Source: an uncultured Gammaproteobacteria bacterium
GTDB lineage: Bacteria; Patescibacteriota; Patescibacteriia; 2-01-FULL-39-33
Direction: 5' to 3'
Length of the DNA: 64,000 nt
Assembly: GCA_964573235.1 (NCBI GenBank)
Contig: CAZNIV010000002.1
Coordinates: 6,102 to 70,101 of the forward strand
The first letter of the stretch is position 1, and each line of letters starts with the position of its first letter. A model generated the notes under the pieces. That model ran no database searches, was not told the origin of the DNA, and saw only the letters and a program-made list of their open reading frames with translations. Both the position numbers and the translations under genes were made by a program. Below are positions 29,335 through 38,104 of this stretch, in pieces.

Positions 29335-29820
29335 TTAGCCTCGATGACTCAGAACAATCTGGCCATCGATAACGTGCATATCCAAGTAAGCACGCTTTTT
29401 GACCGGGCAATCCAAGCGATTGCTCGAGCCAGTTAAACGCAACACGGTTAGTTCGGGCTGTTCCTTGACGGCAAACACCTCAGCCAGGTGGCGATATTCC
29501 ACTAATTGCCGACGCAATACATAACCCACCATCTCGGGAATGCCACTGCTTTTCTCTTCGCTTATATCCACGGCCAGCCAAAGACTTTTGCCATCGGCTC
29601 CCTTCCAGAACCAAAAAGTCTGGAGTTTTAGGTTACAACTATTAAGGGCGCTGATAGCTTCCCCAATAAAGATATTTTTCCGTCCGCCCATCTCCCAACC
29701 CTTGACCAAAACGCGGGTCTGAGTGGGAATGGGATTGACCGATTGTGGCACCAGACCAGAATCCAGCAACTTTCTTGCCAAGTCTGGTAACAGACACACT
29801 CTGATTTGAATTGTTTGCAT
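29335..29820 (-). CDS. Orphan cassette protein (161 aa), paralog family A
   Basis: AAGGAG SD at 29826-29831; no promoter of its own seen. Confidence 0.75.
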   Translation of the reverse strand: MQTIQIRVCLLPDLARKLLDSGLVPQSVNPIPTQTRVLVKGWEMGGRKNIFIGEAISALNSCNLKLQTFWFWKGADGKSLWLAVDISEEKSSGIPEMVGYVLRRQLVEYRHLAEVFAVKEQPELTVLRLTGSSNRLDCPVKKRAYLDMHVIDGQIVLSHRG

Positions 29821-29844
29821 TACTACTCCTTACGATTGAGTGTT

Positions 29845-29867
29845 AAAAAGGCTCGCGAGTGCGAGCC
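29845..29867 (-). terminator. Intrinsic terminator between two co-oriented cassette genes
   Basis: GGCTCGC-ACTC-GCGAGCC-TTTTT. Confidence 0.75.
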
Positions 29868-29888
29868 AAAATTGTCACCATCGCAATG

Positions 29889-30395
29889 CTAGCGACAGAT
29901 TATCTCCAACAGACCAGATGTATCGTCGCGACTGACCACAAAGGTGAACAAGTGGCCATCAAACTTGTGATCGGGAATGGGATTAGCCGCCTTGATTTGC
30001 ATTACCATGTCCGGATTTTCCGAATCATTCGCATTGCTAAAGGCGATAACACTTTCAAACACATGATCATTCAGCCAGTTGCGAATGAACTCCATCTGCA
30101 GGGGGCGTTTCGAGTTGCGACGAGTGAACTCCAACCGCAGATAACGCCGATGCGCTTCTTCGGTTAGTCCCACTTCGGTCAAGCGAAGCGCAACCGAGTC
30201 AACATCTTCCAGTAACCCCGCCAAACTGACACCATGGACGGTGTTCTTGGCGCCATTGATGCCGTGCTGGGTACCGACGAGACGCATCTTCGCCTTGTCG
30301 ACCGTAATGCCAATCTCTTGACAGCGATCATGCGCCGCCAAAGTAAGACCAACAAAGATAGTCAACACCTCTTCCTGCTCTCTTCTCTTTGGCAT
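29889..30395 (-). CDS. Orphan cassette protein (168 aa), paralog family A
   Basis: GGGAGG SD; GC-rich ORF. Confidence 0.78.
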   Translation of the reverse strand: MPKRREQEEVLTIFVGLTLAAHDRCQEIGITVDKAKMRLVGTQHGINGAKNTVHGVSLAGLLEDVDSVALRLTEVGLTEEAHRRYLRLEFTRRNSKRPLQMEFIRNWLNDHVFESVIAFSNANDSENPDMVMQIKAANPIPDHKFDGHLFTFVVSRDDTSGLLEIICR

Positions 30396-30496
30396 GGTTC
30401 TTTCCTCCCTTTATTGCTTGGTTGAACACTTATCAAACTAATTAAACGTACAAAAAACTTAGTTATTGGTTTACCACATAACTAAGCTTCTGTCAA
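30396..30496 (-). promoter_or_regulatory. Cassette leader 5
   Basis: TTGACA(30496)-17-TAAACC flanked by the inverted repeat CTTAGTTAT/ATAACTAAG; TGTACGTTTAAT(30452); CAACCAAGCAATAAAGGGAGGA. Confidence 0.65.
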
Positions 30497-30510
30497 TGCT
30501 TTAAATATTT

Positions 30511-31407
30511 TTAAACTAAGCCGTATTTTTTGATATTTTCATCAGCAATAACTTGAATTTTAGCCAATTCTTGCTGACTAGACTCCTTTTTAAATAAATG
30601 TTTAAAACGCTTTTGTATTTTTAAATACTCTTCCGCCGGAACGCGCTGGGTAATCTTTTGTACTTTTACCAATTGACCATTAACATACTCGACAATTGGA
30701 TAAATACCCGACTGCACCGCCAACTGACCAACTTTAATTGTTTGATTAGGCTCAATACCCCAACCCGGAACGCATGGCACATGAATCTGTAAATATTTTG
30801 GGCCTTTTATTGATAAAGCCTTTTTGATTTTTAATTCTACATCAATTGGATAAGCAATTGAAGCCGTAGCCACATAAGGCAAATGATGTGCCAAAGCAAT
30901 GCCGATCATATCTTTTTTCAACTGTTGCGCGCCATTAGAATCTTTGCCCGGTGGAGTGGTGGTAGTATTAGCATCAAATGGTGTAGAGCTACTGGATTGA
31001 TAACCAGTATTCTGATAAGCCTCGTTATCATAACAAACATACAAAATATTATCTCCACGCTCCCACATGCCAGACAAATGAATTAAACCAATATCAAAAG
31101 TGGCACCATCGCCACCAACAGCAATTATATTAGTATTATTATCCGCCTTCTTATACCTTAAGGCCGCCTGAATACCCGTGGCTACCGGAGCCGCATTTTC
31201 AAATAAAGAATGAATCCAAGGCATTTTAAAGGAACTCATCGGAAATTGTGTAGTAGTCACCTCACTACAACCAGTAGCATTAGAAACAATAGTATTTTTA
31301 CCAGCGATATCCATTAATATGCGTGCCGCAATAATCATACCGCAACCAGCGCAAGCGCTATGACCGGGATTTAATTGATGATGTAATGGCGCTTTATATT
31401 TACCCAT
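30511..31407 (-). CDS. porB: Pyruvate/2-oxoacid:ferredoxin oxidoreductase beta subunit (TPP-binding)
   Basis: Motifs GHSACAGCG, ATGCSEV, GGDG...YDNEAYQNTG. Confidence 0.93.
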   Translation of the reverse strand: MGKYKAPLHHQLNPGHSACAGCGMIIAARILMDIAGKNTIVSNATGCSEVTTTQFPMSSFKMPWIHSLFENAAPVATGIQAALRYKKADNNTNIIAVGGDGATFDIGLIHLSGMWERGDNILYVCYDNEAYQNTGYQSSSSTPFDANTTTTPPGKDSNGAQQLKKDMIGIALAHHLPYVATASIAYPIDVELKIKKALSIKGPKYLQIHVPCVPGWGIEPNQTIKVGQLAVQSGIYPIVEYVNGQLVKVQKITQRVPAEEYLKIQKRFKHLFKKESSQQELAKIQVIADENIKKYGLV

Positions 31408-31415
31408 ATCTTAAT

Positions 31416-32219
31416 CTAAAATTTCTTAATTAACTTTTTATAATTCTCGCAAAATTCTTTAGTGGCTTCTTCCATAATGGGATGAAACTTTTTAGAAATT
31501 CCTCTTTCCCGAACCATCATGCTGGAATCTAATAATGAATCATGCGTTCCAGCGTCAAGCCAGGCGCCATCAAAAATCTTAGCTTGCAATTCACCATTTT
31601 TTAAATAAAAATTTTGTACATCAACAATTTCTAACTCGCCGCGAGAAGATGGTTTTAAGTTTTTAGCCACCTCAACGGCGCGATGATCAAATAAATAAAA
31701 ACCAGCTACGGCCAAATCACTCACAAACTCCTGTGGTTTTTCGACAATTGCTTCTGGCTCACCTTGAGCATTTAATTTAATTACACCAAATCGTTCTGGA
31801 TCAGAAACTTTTTTAGCAAAAATACGACAACCAGACTCAAAACTCTTAATCTCTTCGGCAAAATTGTATTCAAAAATATTATCGCCAAAAATCAAAGCGA
31901 CATTATTTTCATCAACATGATTTTCACCCAAAATCAAAGCATCGGCCGTGCCACGCGCTACGCGCTGAACTTTAAAAGATATTTTAATGCCATATTTATC
32001 AAACATAGAACCAAGCAGATTAATAAAAGCACCACTATGATCTGGCGGTACGATTACTAAAATATCGGTAATACCACCGGAAATTAAAATATTAAGCGGA
32101 TAAAAAATCATGGGGCGATCATAAACCGGTAACAGCGGTTTAGCTATTACAGAAGTTGAGGGAAACAAACGCGTGGACATGCCACCGGCCAAAATAATTC
32201 CTTTTATTTCTTTTTTCAT
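31416..32219 (-). CDS. rfbA: Glucose-1-phosphate thymidylyltransferase-like sugar nucleotidyltransferase
   Basis: Motifs GIILAGG-STRLFP, LLPVYDRPMI, GDN, PERFGV, EKP, SRGELEI, WLDAGT. Confidence 0.85.
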   Translation of the reverse strand: MKKEIKGIILAGGMSTRLFPSTSVIAKPLLPVYDRPMIFYPLNILISGGITDILVIVPPDHSGAFINLLGSMFDKYGIKISFKVQRVARGTADALILGENHVDENNVALIFGDNIFEYNFAEEIKSFESGCRIFAKKVSDPERFGVIKLNAQGEPEAIVEKPQEFVSDLAVAGFYLFDHRAVEVAKNLKPSSRGELEIVDVQNFYLKNGELQAKIFDGAWLDAGTHDSLLDSSMMVRERGISKKFHPIMEEATKEFCENYKKLIKKF

Positions 32220-32227
32220 AAATAAGT

Positions 32228-33358
32228 TTATTTACCAACAAACACGACCGACTCTTTAGTAGTGGCCGCGGTTTTATAAACTATCTTAATCATTTCTTTA
32301 GTAATATCACGCCCACCTAAACCCATTATAAAGCTAGTAATTTTTTGCTCACTGCCCAAAACGCGACGCATCTCGGAAGCCAAAATACCTTCGGCGCCAA
32401 GCGAAATTGATTTATCAATGACAGCAATATTTTTTGCCTTAACTAACTTCTTTTTAATTTCTTCTCCAGGGAATGGCCGTAAAGCTACTACTTTTAAAAT
32501 ACCTACTTTTTGACCGGATTGTTTTAATTCCGCTACCGTTTCTTTAATCGTACCCAACACCGAACCCATAGCTACAATCACCGTTTCAGCATCTTTATCA
32601 CCAGAATATTCTACTAAATTTAATTCGCGATCAAAAATTTCACCAAACTTTTTCATCTCTTCTTTAATCACTTCTTTTGAGGCTACTAAATCATCATGAA
32701 GCTCTTTACGAATTTCAAAATAATGCGCCGGGGTAGCAAAGGCGCCAAAAGTCACTGGATTATTAACATCTAAAAATTCTTTCGGGGAAAAGGCAGGCAA
32801 ATATTTTTTAATTTTAGTGGCGCTTTCAATTTCTACGGGCTCTACCACATGAGTTAAAATAAAACCATCCAAATTAACTATTACTGGAATAGCTAATTGT
32901 TCTGCAATTTTAAAAGCTAAAATGTGTAAATCACAAACTTCTTGATTATGTTCACCATACAACATAATCCAACCGGAATCACGCACCGTCATCGCATCTT
33001 GCTGATCGTTCCAAATATTAATTGGACCGGAAATAGCGCGATTAGCGCAAGTCATCACTACCGGTAAGCGCATGCCACCGATACAAAAAACCACTTCCGT
33101 CATTAACATTAAGCCTTGAGCACAAGTAGCCGTATAGGTACGAACGCCCGCCGCTGAAGCCCCTTGAACAATAGAGGCGGCAGCAAATTCACTTTCCGCG
33201 CGAATGTATTCAAAATCACCCTCGCCGTCAGCTTTAATTTGCGCCAACTCTTCTACGATATGTGTTTGGGGCGTAATTGGATAGGCACTAATTACCGCCG
33301 GTAAACAGGCATTTACCGTTTCGGCAATAGCGCGACTACCTTCTAATATCTTTTTCAT
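32228..33358 (-). CDS. porA: Pyruvate/2-oxoacid:ferredoxin oxidoreductase alpha subunit
   Basis: Motifs AYPITPQT, ESE, NRAISGP, GLGGRDI. Confidence 0.93.
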   Translation of the reverse strand: MKKILEGSRAIAETVNACLPAVISAYPITPQTHIVEELAQIKADGEGDFEYIRAESEFAAASIVQGASAAGVRTYTATCAQGLMLMTEVVFCIGGMRLPVVMTCANRAISGPINIWNDQQDAMTVRDSGWIMLYGEHNQEVCDLHILAFKIAEQLAIPVIVNLDGFILTHVVEPVEIESATKIKKYLPAFSPKEFLDVNNPVTFGAFATPAHYFEIRKELHDDLVASKEVIKEEMKKFGEIFDRELNLVEYSGDKDAETVIVAMGSVLGTIKETVAELKQSGQKVGILKVVALRPFPGEEIKKKLVKAKNIAVIDKSISLGAEGILASEMRRVLGSEQKITSFIMGLGGRDITKEMIKIVYKTAATTKESVVFVGK

Positions 33359-33369
33359 AATAAATTATT

Positions 33370-34116
33370 TTACTTCAACTCAATACTGGTTACTACTACA
33401 TCTTTAATTGGGCGATCGGCGCCCTCAGTAGTAACGGCTTGAATTTTCATTACAATATCTAAACCTTTAATTACTTCACCAAAGTTAGTATGACGACCAT
33501 CCAACCAAGGAGTGCTTTCGGCCGTCACAATAAAAAATTGACTGCCGTTTGTATTAGGGCCGGCATTGGCCATAGCCAATGATCCTTGAACTAATTTATG
33601 CGCATTAAACTCATCAGCAAATTTATAATCCGGACCACCAGTTCCCCAAGCGTTTTTCATACTATCTTCTTTTGAAAGCGGGTCACCACCTTGAATCATA
33701 AAATCTTTAATTACACGATGAAATTTAGTGCCATTATAAAAACCGGTCGAAGCTAATTTTAAAAAATTATAAACCGTTTTTGGAGAGTCAGCACCATAAA
33801 GTTTAACCGTAATATCGCCGTAATTAGTTTTAAATGTCGCCTGAGTGATGTTTTTAAATTCTTCCATCATATTATTTTGATTATTATTAATAGTAGTAGT
33901 AACTTTACTAGTTGCCATTGAAGAAGAGGCAACCGGATCTGTGTTATCTAATATAGTAGCATTCTCAGAAGATGTGATTGAAGATTGATTACTACTACCC
34001 AGTTCCGCCACTATCCCCGAAGGAACATTAGATGTTTCTTCAGAAATTTCTTGATTCATACAGCCACTAAGTGTTAAAAGTGTCATTGGTAAAACTAACA
34101 AAAATATTTTTTTCAT
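33370..34116 (-). CDS. Cyclophilin-type peptidyl-prolyl isomerase, lipoprotein
   Basis: LSGC lipobox; FHRVIKDFMIQGGDP; AMANAGPNTNGSQFFI. Confidence 0.93.
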   Translation of the reverse strand: MKKIFLLVLPMTLLTLSGCMNQEISEETSNVPSGIVAELGSSNQSSITSSENATILDNTDPVASSSMATSKVTTTINNNQNNMMEEFKNITQATFKTNYGDITVKLYGADSPKTVYNFLKLASTGFYNGTKFHRVIKDFMIQGGDPLSKEDSMKNAWGTGGPDYKFADEFNAHKLVQGSLAMANAGPNTNGSQFFIVTAESTPWLDGRHTNFGEVIKGLDIVMKIQAVTTEGADRPIKDVVVTSIELK

Positions 34117-34121
34117 AATAT

Positions 34122-34397
34122 TTATTTTATTTCTTTTTTCATCATAATCGCCTTAACCGGACAAATTTCGGCACACAAGCCACAACCCTTGCAATAATCT
34201 AAATCAGCTTCAAAAAATATCTTGCCCTTACTATTTTTTTCACCCGTAGGAAAGCAAATACCCTCGGGACAAATGCGCTCACACATCCCACAAGAAATGC
34301 ATTTTTCATGATCAATTTCAGGATAATTTAATTCACGCCAATTACCCGTTTTAACTTGACTAGTTGATCCCGGTTGCGCTGTTAACTTTATCTTCAT
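34122..34397 (-). CDS. porD: Pyruvate:ferredoxin oxidoreductase delta subunit (2x[4Fe-4S])
   Basis: KTGNWR; CxxCxxCxxxCP twice; DYCKGCGLC. Confidence 0.92.
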   Translation of the reverse strand: MKIKLTAQPGSTSQVKTGNWRELNYPEIDHEKCISCGMCERICPEGICFPTGEKNSKGKIFFEADLDYCKGCGLCAEICPVKAIMMKKEIK

Positions 34398-34399
34398 AA

Positions 34400-34939
34400 C
34401 TATTTGGTTAATAATTCAAAACCGCGACGAGCCGCTAAAACATTTTTTTCCGCAATCTCAGAAGTAAAGCGTTCGCGAATCGCTTTTTCTACGGAAGCCA
34501 TCTTAATTAATCCAGTTAAGCCCGCAAACGCGCCAAGTAAAATAGTATTAATAATTGGCCGACCAATAATTTCTAAACCAATCTTAGTGGCCGAAAGCGT
34601 TTTAACTATTACCCCCTTTGGCACTTCGATTTCCGAAGCGTCTTTTTCAGTGTTAATTAAAACCACCGTGCCCGCCTTAGCGCCAGCAAACACATTGGTA
34701 CCACTAATTAAGGTAGCATCTTGTACTAGAATATAATTGGGTTCATAAATTTGACTGCGCAATTGAATGAAACGATCATCCAAGCGGGCAAAAGCCACCA
34801 CCGGAGCCCCTCGTCGTTCAACGCCAAAATTAGGAAAAGCTTGAGAAAACTTACCATCAAAAAAAGCGGCTTCCGCAATTAATTCTGCCGCGGTTACTGA
34901 ACCCTGTCCTCCGCGACCATGTATTCTGATTTCTACCAT
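34400..34939 (-). CDS. porG: Pyruvate:ferredoxin oxidoreductase gamma subunit
   Basis: Motifs EIRIHGRGGQG, FGVERRGAPV. Confidence 0.92.
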   Translation of the reverse strand: MVEIRIHGRGGQGSVTAAELIAEAAFFDGKFSQAFPNFGVERRGAPVVAFARLDDRFIQLRSQIYEPNYILVQDATLISGTNVFAGAKAGTVVLINTEKDASEIEVPKGVIVKTLSATKIGLEIIGRPIINTILLGAFAGLTGLIKMASVEKAIRERFTSEIAEKNVLAARRGFELLTK

Positions 34940-34941
34940 AA

Positions 34942-35703
34942 TTATTTTAAATTTTTTATTCCTTCAATTACGCTAATCCAATTTTCCTTAGATATTTCAC
35001 CAGTTGCCTCATAACCATTAATGAAGAAAGTTGGCGTCCCTTGTAATCCCAAGCTAGTGGCATCAGTATTATCTTGTAAAATTTTAGCTTTTTCTTCTTC
35101 GGAGCTCATGCAACTTTGATACTTAACCAAATCCAATCCAGACTGCTTAGCTACTGCCTCTAGTTGGGTCATTTGAAAATTACCGGCCCCAATTGTGGTA
35201 AATAAGCGATCATGCATTTGCCAGAATTTACCCTGTTCATCAGCACAATAAGCCGATTGCGCAACAACGACTGAATTTTCATCTATTGTCGGATAAGAAC
35301 GGAAAATAAATCTTACCTCATTTTGGTATTTATTCATAATTTCACGAATAATCGGAAATTCTATTTGGCAATGAGCACACTGAAAATCGGCAAATTCTAC
35401 TATTACAATAGAAGAACTCGCACTACCCCAACTTGGACGATCACCTCTTTCGACGATAGAACGAATTTGACCTATATCTAAGGTTTGAGCGGTTTTAACT
35501 GGAACTTGACTATAGCCATCTTTCATAATCAAATAAAAACCATAAGCCAAAAACCCCGATAAAATTAATAATATAGTAACCAAAATAATCAAAAAAATCC
35601 CCCAAGATTTTTTATACCAACGCTTGACCGGCGTCTGATTAATCTCGCCTTCAGGCTTTTCTGGGCTTGAATTATTAATAATAATGTATTGGGGTTCGGT
35701 CAT
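34942..35703 (-). CDS. Membrane-anchored DsbA/thioredoxin-fold oxidoreductase
   Basis: Motifs EFADFQCAHC, QGKFWQMHD, GTPTFFING. Confidence 0.9.
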   Translation of the reverse strand: MTEPQYIIINNSSPEKPEGEINQTPVKRWYKKSWGIFLIILVTILLILSGFLAYGFYLIMKDGYSQVPVKTAQTLDIGQIRSIVERGDRPSWGSASSSIVIVEFADFQCAHCQIEFPIIREIMNKYQNEVRFIFRSYPTIDENSVVVAQSAYCADEQGKFWQMHDRLFTTIGAGNFQMTQLEAVAKQSGLDLVKYQSCMSSEEEKAKILQDNTDATSLGLQGTPTFFINGYEATGEISKENWISVIEGIKNLK

Positions 35704-35848
35704 GTTTTTGTTAATTTATAACTTATTTTACAACGAAATTAAAAATACTTTTTAAGTATAACACAATTATTAAAAACGCAAAATAGTTGACTTATACCTA
35801 AAAAAGTGCTAGAATTATTTTACTTTAGTAAGTGAATTTTTTTTGTTT

Positions 35849-36058
35849 ATGATTATTGATATCATTCAAATTATCGCCTCAATCTTGTTAGTGATCGCTA
35901 TTATTATGCAAAATCGCAGTGCCGGCTTGGGTTCTACTTTCGGTGGCGATGGCAATGTCTATTCTACTAGACGCCACATGGAAAAGTCTTTGTTTAATTT
36001 TACCATCATTTTGGCCGCTATATTTTTAGTGACCGCTCTCATTAACACGATACTGTAG
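35849..36058 (+). CDS. secG: Preprotein translocase subunit SecG
   Basis: Two TM helices around QNRSAGLGSTFGG...TRRHMEK. Upstream TTGACT-17-TAGAAT promoter. Confidence 0.88.
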   Translation: MIIDIIQIIASILLVIAIIMQNRSAGLGSTFGGDGNVYSTRRHMEKSLFNFTIILAAIFLVTALINTIL

Positions 36059-36099
36059 TCGATTTTCAATTGAGAAAATCCTCTAAAAACAGCTAAAAC

Positions 36100-37935
36100 G
36101 TGAATCTTATATCCAATTGGGGAAAAAAGTTATCCGACTATTTTTCTCCGCAACAACGCAAGCTAAAGAAACTTCAAAAACAACACCAAGCTGATAAGCG
36201 GTTGGTTAGTTCTTTGAATAAATCTAAATGGCCTAATTGGGCTCAATTTAGGCTTTTACCTAAGGTTTTAACTAAAACTGAAAAAAAAATAGTTAAAATT
36301 TTATCAAGTGCTATCTTTTTAGCTTTAATTGCTCTTTTTACTAATATTTACTTTCAGCAAACCGTTGCCGTACCTATGGTTGGTGGCATTTATACCGAGG
36401 GCTTGATTGGAGCTCCTCGCTTTATTAACCCCATCTTAGCACCCACTAACGATGCTGACACCGATTTATCTTCTTTGATTTTTTCTGGCTTATTAAAATA
36501 CGACAAGAATAATCAATTAGCTCCTGATTTAGCAATTAGCTTACCGATTATGTCAGCTGATCAGCTAACTTATACCTTTAATCTAAAGCCCAATGTCCAA
36601 TGGCAAGACGGCCAACCACTAACGGCCGACGATATTATTTACACTATTGCTTCAATTCAGGATTTGGAATTTAAATCCCCCCTATGGCGTAGTTTTCAAA
36701 ATATTATTGCTGAAAAGATTGATGATCAAACTTTAACTTTCACCCTCAAAGAGCCTTATGCGCCTTTCTTGGATTTAATGACAGTGGGAATTTTGCCCCA
36801 ACACTTATGGAGTGATATTCCAGCCGGTACTGCCGACTTAGCCGAATTAAATAAGCGCCCAGTTGGTACCGGGCCATGGAAATTTGATAGCTTCAAAAAA
36901 GATAAGATCGGCAATATTAAGTCATACACTCTGGCCGTCAATGAAAGCTATTATGGCGATAAACCGTATTTAAGCAAATTAGTTTTTAAATTCTACGGTG
37001 ATTTTATTTCAGCTGTAGAGGGTTTAAAAAATAAAGAAGTTGAAGGCATCGCCTCTTTACCAAAAGAGTTGCGCGATTCGTTAAAAAAATATAACAACAT
37101 TAACTATCACGAACTAGATCTTTCCCAATACACTGCGATTTTTTTCAATCCTAAGAAAAATGAATTATTAAGTTCCGAGTACATTCGCCAGGCTTTGGCT
37201 ATGGCCTTAGATAAACAATCTATCGCCAACGATCCTAATAATTTTGGCAGTCATGTAATTGACGCCCCTATCTTACCTAATATCAAAACCAGTCCCGACA
37301 TTCAAAAATATGGCTATAACCAACAAGAGGCTATTAACCTATTAGAAAAAAATAATTGGAAACTAATTTCTTCTACTACCGCTGATGGCACCACAATTCA
37401 ATACCGCAAAAAGGGTCAGTATGATTTATCTATTACTATTACTACCGTTGATAAGCCAGAAAATAATAAAGTAGTAGGATTGATTAAAACAGCCTGGGAA
37501 AAAATCGGTTTTAAAGTAACAATTAACACGATAGATAAAAATCGCATTCGCCAAGATGTAATTAACAGTCGCGATTATGAAGCTTTGTTATTTGGTGAAA
37601 ATTTGGGCTCCGATCCTGATCCTTATCCATTCTGGCATTCTTCACAAGTTGACCCTCCAGGGCTAAACCTAGCCATGTACGCATCAAAGGATGTAGACAA
37701 ATTAATTGGAGATGCTCGCAAAACCGCCGATTGGCAAGAGCGCCAAACAAAATACTGGTCATTTCAAACACAAATAACCAAAGATTTACCAGCTATATTT
37801 TTATATGCTCCCACTTATACTTATCCTCAAGATGAGCAAGTTAAGGGCTTTAATGTAATAAATATAACTCAGCCTTCGGATCGCTTCAACAATCTATCCG
37901 ATTGGTATATTAAAACTAAACGAGTCTGGAAATAA
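36100..37935 (+). CDS. Peptide ABC transporter substrate-binding protein (OppA/family 5)
   Basis: Motifs LIFSGL, PDLA, WQDGQPLTADD, PVGTGPW, DPYPFWHSSQ. Confidence 0.88.
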   Translation: MNLISNWGKKLSDYFSPQQRKLKKLQKQHQADKRLVSSLNKSKWPNWAQFRLLPKVLTKTEKKIVKILSSAIFLALIALFTNIYFQQTVAVPMVGGIYTEGLIGAPRFINPILAPTNDADTDLSSLIFSGLLKYDKNNQLAPDLAISLPIMSADQLTYTFNLKPNVQWQDGQPLTADDIIYTIASIQDLEFKSPLWRSFQNIIAEKIDDQTLTFTLKEPYAPFLDLMTVGILPQHLWSDIPAGTADLAELNKRPVGTGPWKFDSFKKDKIGNIKSYTLAVNESYYGDKPYLSKLVFKFYGDFISAVEGLKNKEVEGIASLPKELRDSLKKYNNINYHELDLSQYTAIFFNPKKNELLSSEYIRQALAMALDKQSIANDPNNFGSHVIDAPILPNIKTSPDIQKYGYNQQEAINLLEKNNWKLISSTTADGTTIQYRKKGQYDLSITITTVDKPENNKVVGLIKTAWEKIGFKVTINTIDKNRIRQDVINSRDYEALLFGENLGSDPDPYPFWHSSQVDPPGLNLAMYASKDVDKLIGDARKTADWQERQTKYWSFQTQITKDLPAIFLYAPTYTYPQDEQVKGFNVINITQPSDRFNNLSDWYIKTKRVWK

Positions 37936-37955
37936 TCCTATCTTTTAGGATTTAA

Positions 37956-38039
37956 GCCGAAATGGTGAAATTGGCAGACACGCAACGTTCAGGTCGTTGT
38001 GGGCTCACGCTCGTGAGGGTTCAACTCCCTCTTTCGGCA
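37956..38039 (+). tRNA. tRNA-Leu(CAG)
   Basis: Acceptor stem GCCGAAA/TTTCGGC; anticodon arm CAACG-TTCAGGT-CGTTG; long variable arm; GGTTCAACTCC T-arm. CCA is not encoded. Confidence 0.95.
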
Positions 38040-38104
38040 ATAAAAATAAAAAATATTTATCCCCAAATTTGGGGAACGATTTAAATAAAACTTAATTAAA
38101 AGTA

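Noticed and set aside
22023-30496. Integron cassette array or prophage explanation for the orphan genes
   Set aside because: No integrase, attC-like sites or phage structural genes seen. The cassettes carry their own promoters and are interspersed with uvrA and truD.
37956-38039. tRNA-Leu as an island integration site
   Set aside because: No duplicated tRNA 3' end or integrase seen; the flanks are housekeeping genes.
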